Assembly: GCA_963924565.1 (NCBI GenBank) | Contig: OZ004615.1 | Span: 8,928,001-8,992,000, forward strand | Length of the DNA stretch: 64,000 bases | Source: Ascidiella aspersa | Taxonomy: Eukaryota | Reading direction: 5' to 3' | Shown here: positions 59,801-64,000 of the stretch, piece after piece | How the letters are laid out: each line of letters begins with the position of its first letter | How positions within the stretch are numbered: position 1 is the stretch's first letter | The notes under the pieces: generated by a model | The model's input: only the letters and a program-made list of their open reading frames with translations | The model's database searches: none | Told to the model about the DNA's origin: nothing | Made by a program: the position numbers and the translations under genes

Positions 59801-62800
59801 ATATTTTCTTTCAAATTTTACTATGCAAATGCAGCTTGTGTGATTTTTGTGTTTTCTAGTATGTTGTTCAAAAGGCGAGGTAGTATGATCAAAAACAATA
59901 TTTTTTAGCTCAGAAATATTGGTTACAGTAGATTGTTAATTAGTTTTAAATATGTTTTTTGCGATTGACAACTCTACTTCCTAGCTGTGTGAAGAGTGAC
60001 TTGCGCTACTGAAGTTAGATTCCTGACACACAGGGGAATTTTAGCTAAACAAAACTTAGGATGAGATTAAAGTGTTTTGAAGCGGAAGAAAGCCTTAGGC
60101 ACGTATTATTTGAAATACTTGAATTTAAATAATTGTTAAAAAAGTCAGTTACTTGGCCCGCGCCAATTACACTCACCAAATTTTCGCGCTTTTTAGTAAG
60201 CTAACATTTTCCATACATTGATTACATTTTTACATGGATATAAGTTTGCTCTGATTGTTTGATTTTCGCAACGGATAAATTATCTGAGGTGCGTTAGTTT
60301 CCTGGCGTGAAATGTGAAGATAGTTGTTACGTCACTATGAGATTTAGTTGGCCCAGAACTTGGGTTGATTGCTTGCACAATACCTGGCTCAGTAGTACTG
60401 TGCTAGTAGGAGGTGTTATGTACCTGACAATAGAAATTAAATATAGTTTTATACTACTTGTTAAAATGAATTGTTTCTATGTATGTATTGTTGTTTTATA
60501 CTTCTTTGTGTTTCCATAGTAGTCCAGTAAGAGGAGGTATTATTTGTTGTGGTATAATTTTAATCGACTTAACCAAGGTATCAATGTGCCCAAAAGAATA
60601 AAATAAAGGTGAATTTACAATTTACATGCGCGAATTATTTGACTTTCTATAATTCTTTGTAGACAACAGGAATAGATTCAGAATTAGGACACATCTTTTC
60701 TGCAGCTGAAAAGCAGAATTCATTAAAATTCATTTTATGCTGTACGGTACACTTGTAAACAGTTGTTAAATCTCAGTAAGATATCTGTCACAGTTATATC
60801 GGCTATTGATTTCGCTCATCGAAAGCTATCCGCCCACGTACGGAAATAGTGACTACGGTTGTGACACACCATCTATGTAGGCTACTCGGCCCATTCTGTC
60901 AAAAAATAGATGACTAGGAAATTATAATTAAGATGCTATACGTATTATGAGGTGCAGTATTTAGAATCATTTCAACAATTGTTATTTTTTTATATCAAAT
61001 ACTACGGCCCCTTGAATTCGAATTGGTTTCTATGATATTTCTAGAAATGCATAAACTGTTTTAGAAAAAGCTCGTAAATTAAATATGTATGTGAAGGCTT
61101 GCCATACGTCCCGGTTTAGCCGGGACAGTCCCGGTTTTCAGGCCTTGTCCCGGTGTCCCGCCCGGTTAACCAATTTGTCCCGGATTTTTCAATTTAAGAT
61201 TTGCAAAGAAAAAAGAAAAAATGTAAAAACTCTTGAGTTAGCCATTTAGCAATTCTTTATTAAAAACTAAGTAATATACTTTTTACTTTTCGTTTTTGGT
61301 TGGTAAGGCTGTCAAGCATTGTTTTTAACATAAATTACTTATTTTTCCAGCGGGTGTTGAGAAATATTTTTCTGGGGCTGAGGTTGCTGGGGTTAGTTTC
61401 TTTTTTGTGTGTGCTGAGTAAAACAATTTAGATGGATATTATCCGGCGGGTACTGGGAATTTTTGAGGAAGATAATCAAGCGCCGTCGCAACCCGGTCAC
61501 CTTTAAGCAATTTTTATTTCCAAGGATTTTTTTTCACGTATGACGCAGTTTGGTGCCGGTATCATTTGCTTGAATATTACGCAAGCCTAAACAATTGCTG
61601 TTACAACTTAAAGTTTAACGTTTGTTAGTAACTCTGGATCGATAAATGTCGCCGGTTTTCAGCATTACAAATCAAATTAAAGTCATGACATACTGATTGC
61701 CTTAATAAAAATAAGTTTTAATGTTCGCCAAAGTTGGCATTAATAGTAACCAATTTTCAGTTTCAAACGAGATTTTACTTATGTTCGACGCAATATGGTA
61801 CAGGGATTGCGTATCTGCTTAAAGGTTTAACGTTTGTGAGTGGTTCCAAAACTGCTTTTTGGTTACATACTTTGTTGCATTGTATAAAAAACTTTAATAG
61901 CAATTACCTGCGAGGAAATATATTGAAATTACGTATATTGCCCTAATCAAAATTAATTACTTTTAGTTTAAGAACTTCTTGAAGTATGTTACCACGCAAA
62001 ATTTTGGTAGAGTTCGCAAAATTTCGCATTTAATGCGGCGGTTTCAATTGTAACCAATTTTCAGTTTCAAACAAGATTTTACTAACGTTGAATTACGTTT
62101 TGCTAAAAATCACGCAATGCGAACCAGGGCTGCTATACAACTTAAGGCAGTGGTTCAACCTTTTATGCTTCGTCGCCCCCTTTAAAAGGCGCTCAACCCT
62201 CGTGGCCAACAGCTTAAAAAAACAACCTTGCATCGCATTACGTGTTTTTACTTGTTTTACTTCCTTACGTATATAACAAATACAGCCAAGGGCCACGGTT
62301 GAGAAACCCTGACTTAAGGTTTTGCGTTAGTGAGTGGTTCCCTATGTCACTGGTTTCCGTAACGTAAAATATGTTTGACGTGCTTAGCGGCTGGGTATTT
62401 AGTCGTTTTATTTTAAATAAGCACACATTAAATGCAATTTTGTTTCAACAAAATGTAAAATGTTAGTTTGAGAAGACGAACATTTAGATGTTTCACAGTC
62501 ACGCAGATAAATGCGTTAATTTATAACACGCCATCCGATTAAATGCTGCTTTCACACAGGCTAAAGAATGTGACTCCATTTGTGGGGAAGTAATTAGTTA
62601 ACCCATTCCATGCACAATAAGCAAAAAAAAAATAGTCAACGGACGACCAACATCTGTGCTGCAAACATTAACGATTAGAGAAATTGAAATGTTTTATTTA
62701 GAAGAATTTAAAATGTGTACCACTTTACACACTATTTTGCACTCAAGCCAGGATATCACCCTATCCGTAACATTACTATTTAGTAACATGGTGAATTACC

Positions 62801-63556
62801 TTTTTAAATCATCGGAAATAACACGCGGCTCAAGCAAATGACGCGAAGTAGGCCTACAACATAATATGTAATAGTTTTAAGAGGCTAGCTTGATCGAATG
62901 CTACATTTTGTTTTATCTATGCTTCAGATTGATTTGGTGCGGGGAATTCGAATTTGTTATGGACGCAGCGCCTTTGCCAACAAGTACGGCCTAATATTGT
63001 TGCTGGTTTCACGAGGGCCGCATCCTACTTTAATTGTAGAAAGTTTTTACGCGACTCATTTGTTTCACAATGGAGAAAATTACCTTCGGTTACAATTTAA
63101 ATTACTTAGACAAACTACCCTTAAAAACAGAGCCCTGAAAAATACCACCTGCCAAAATATAAAACAACCGCAACCCCGTTAAGTTAATTAGTTGCATTAA
63201 ATTCTTTTGTATTAGGTCTACATTAAGTTTATTTGCAGTTTCCAATATGCGTCCCAGATTTACGTTTCTACAAAATGGCAAGCCTATATATGTGATATAT
63301 ATAATTTTTAGCAGACAAGGGCCTTTAGGAAATGCCAAGTATAGTCTTCCATTAATGTACAATGCACAAAACCACCCACCTGAGCAATCCTAAGACAAAT
63401 CATTTAGGATGAGTTAAAATCAAGACCTACCTGCAATCACAGAGTTCTACGCAAGACCATCCTAACATAGGAGCTATGACCTGCATTGTGATTGGCATGA
63501 TCCACATGAACAGGATTACGCACACCGTTCGTTGTCTGGTGATCGTTGTCTGGTAT
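56816..63556 (-). CDS. Class A GPCR, cannabinoid/lysophospholipid (EDG) receptor-like; TM4-TM7 only, 5' part beyond the window end
   Basis: Exons 63556-63431 (YQTTITRQRTVCVILFMWIMPITMQVIAPMLGWSCVELCDC), 58368-57546 (ECL2 CSQQLPPL, TM5, long ICL3, TM6 DVRVMRSMFAIMTVFVITTCPLMIFIMY), 57031-56816 (TM7 TTLNSLLNPFLY, helix 8, stop). PxLGWxC and CSxxxP motifs are typical of CB/S1P/LPA receptors. Confidence 0.85.
58829..59219. mobile_element. hAT MITE (391 bp) in the GPCR intron
   Basis: Perfect 13 bp TIRs CAGTGCTTTTCAA / TTGAAAAGCACTG, perfect 8 bp TSD ACCTAAAT, five internal GCGGATG repeats. Confidence 0.92.
61094..61695. mobile_element. Degenerate hAT (Blackjack-like) element remnant
   Basis: Left end AGGCTTGCCATACGTCCCGG followed by clustered GTCCCGG motifs; right end uncertain (GGTCACCTTTA ~61505 or AAATGTCGCCGGTTTTC ~61645). 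Confidence 0.45.
62148..62311. mobile_element. Short hAT MITE (164 bp)
   Basis: Termini CAGTGGTTCAACC / GGTTGAGAAACCCTG with perfect 8 bp TSD ACTTAAGG. Confidence 0.88.
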
Positions 63557-63779
63557 CTATCATAAAGGCATCACACTTAACTATCGAAACCAGGTGCTGC
63601 TTAAGGTTTAATAAAAAGATTGGACATTAAAATGGTTAGTATTGTGTACACGTTAAAAAAATGTTATTGTAAACGCCTAAACGAGTTTTTGGACCTCACG
63701 GTTACCGAACAAGGGGCTTTAGATGTTGAAGCGTATTCAACATTTACGCATAAAAAGTTTGTGATATTATGCAAAAAAG

Positions 63780-63880
63780 GTCACTTTTTTGTGACGTTGA
63801 GTTTAGAAGTCACTTTATAACGTCATGTTTGGCACAACTTTATAACGTCACATTATGACGTAACTTTATGACGTCATCAC
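63780..63880. repeat. Cluster of short (T)ATGACGTCA / TATAACGTCA repeats
   Basis: gtgacgttg, tttataacgtca x2, ttatgacgtaa and tttatgacgtca within ~100 bp; probably part of an interspersed repeat. Confidence 0.5.
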
Positions 63881-64000
63881 TGAACTGACCAAGTTACTGC
63901 CCTTGGTATGATATCTCGGTTTTGGGTCAAAAAAAAATCTGTTAATTGTAATTGATACGGTCACCACTTATTTTCGCAAAAACATGACATTATCATAAAT

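Overview
Eukaryotic, intron-rich animal DNA with AT-rich introns and GT-AG splicing. The compact genes and chordate-like proteins suggest an invertebrate chordate, most plausibly an ascidian; that assignment is inference. Most ORFs in the supplied track are spurious, so genes were rebuilt by hand from splice sites with exon-phase checks. Five protein-coding genes: (1) Lmx1 LIM-homeobox gene (+, 4589-28783, 10 coding exons, ~506 aa) with a ~17 kb intron between LIM1 and LIM2 full of GC-rich candidate enhancer blocks; (2) ZDHHC24-type palmitoyltransferase (-, 31811-33627); (3) head-to-head with it, an SWT1 PIN-domain endoribonuclease with an N-terminal WW domain (+, 34694-43357); (4) an unusual ~612 aa TPPP/p25-alpha protein (+, 48812-55923) with an N-terminal MGVCCSK dual-acylation motif, a ~410 aa Ser/Thr/Pro-rich extension containing about nine LC8/DYNLL-like motifs, and a degenerate Rossmann-like motif; (5) the 3' part (TM4-TM7) of a cannabinoid/lysophospholipid-receptor-like GPCR (-, 56816-63556, continuing beyond the window). 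Between SWT1 and TPPP is an inverted pair of tRNA-like genes with an identical non-canonical anticodon arm. Introns hold several hAT and Tc1/mariner-type MITEs. One nested MITE carries a near-exact 145 bp copy of an intron/exon junction of its own host gene.
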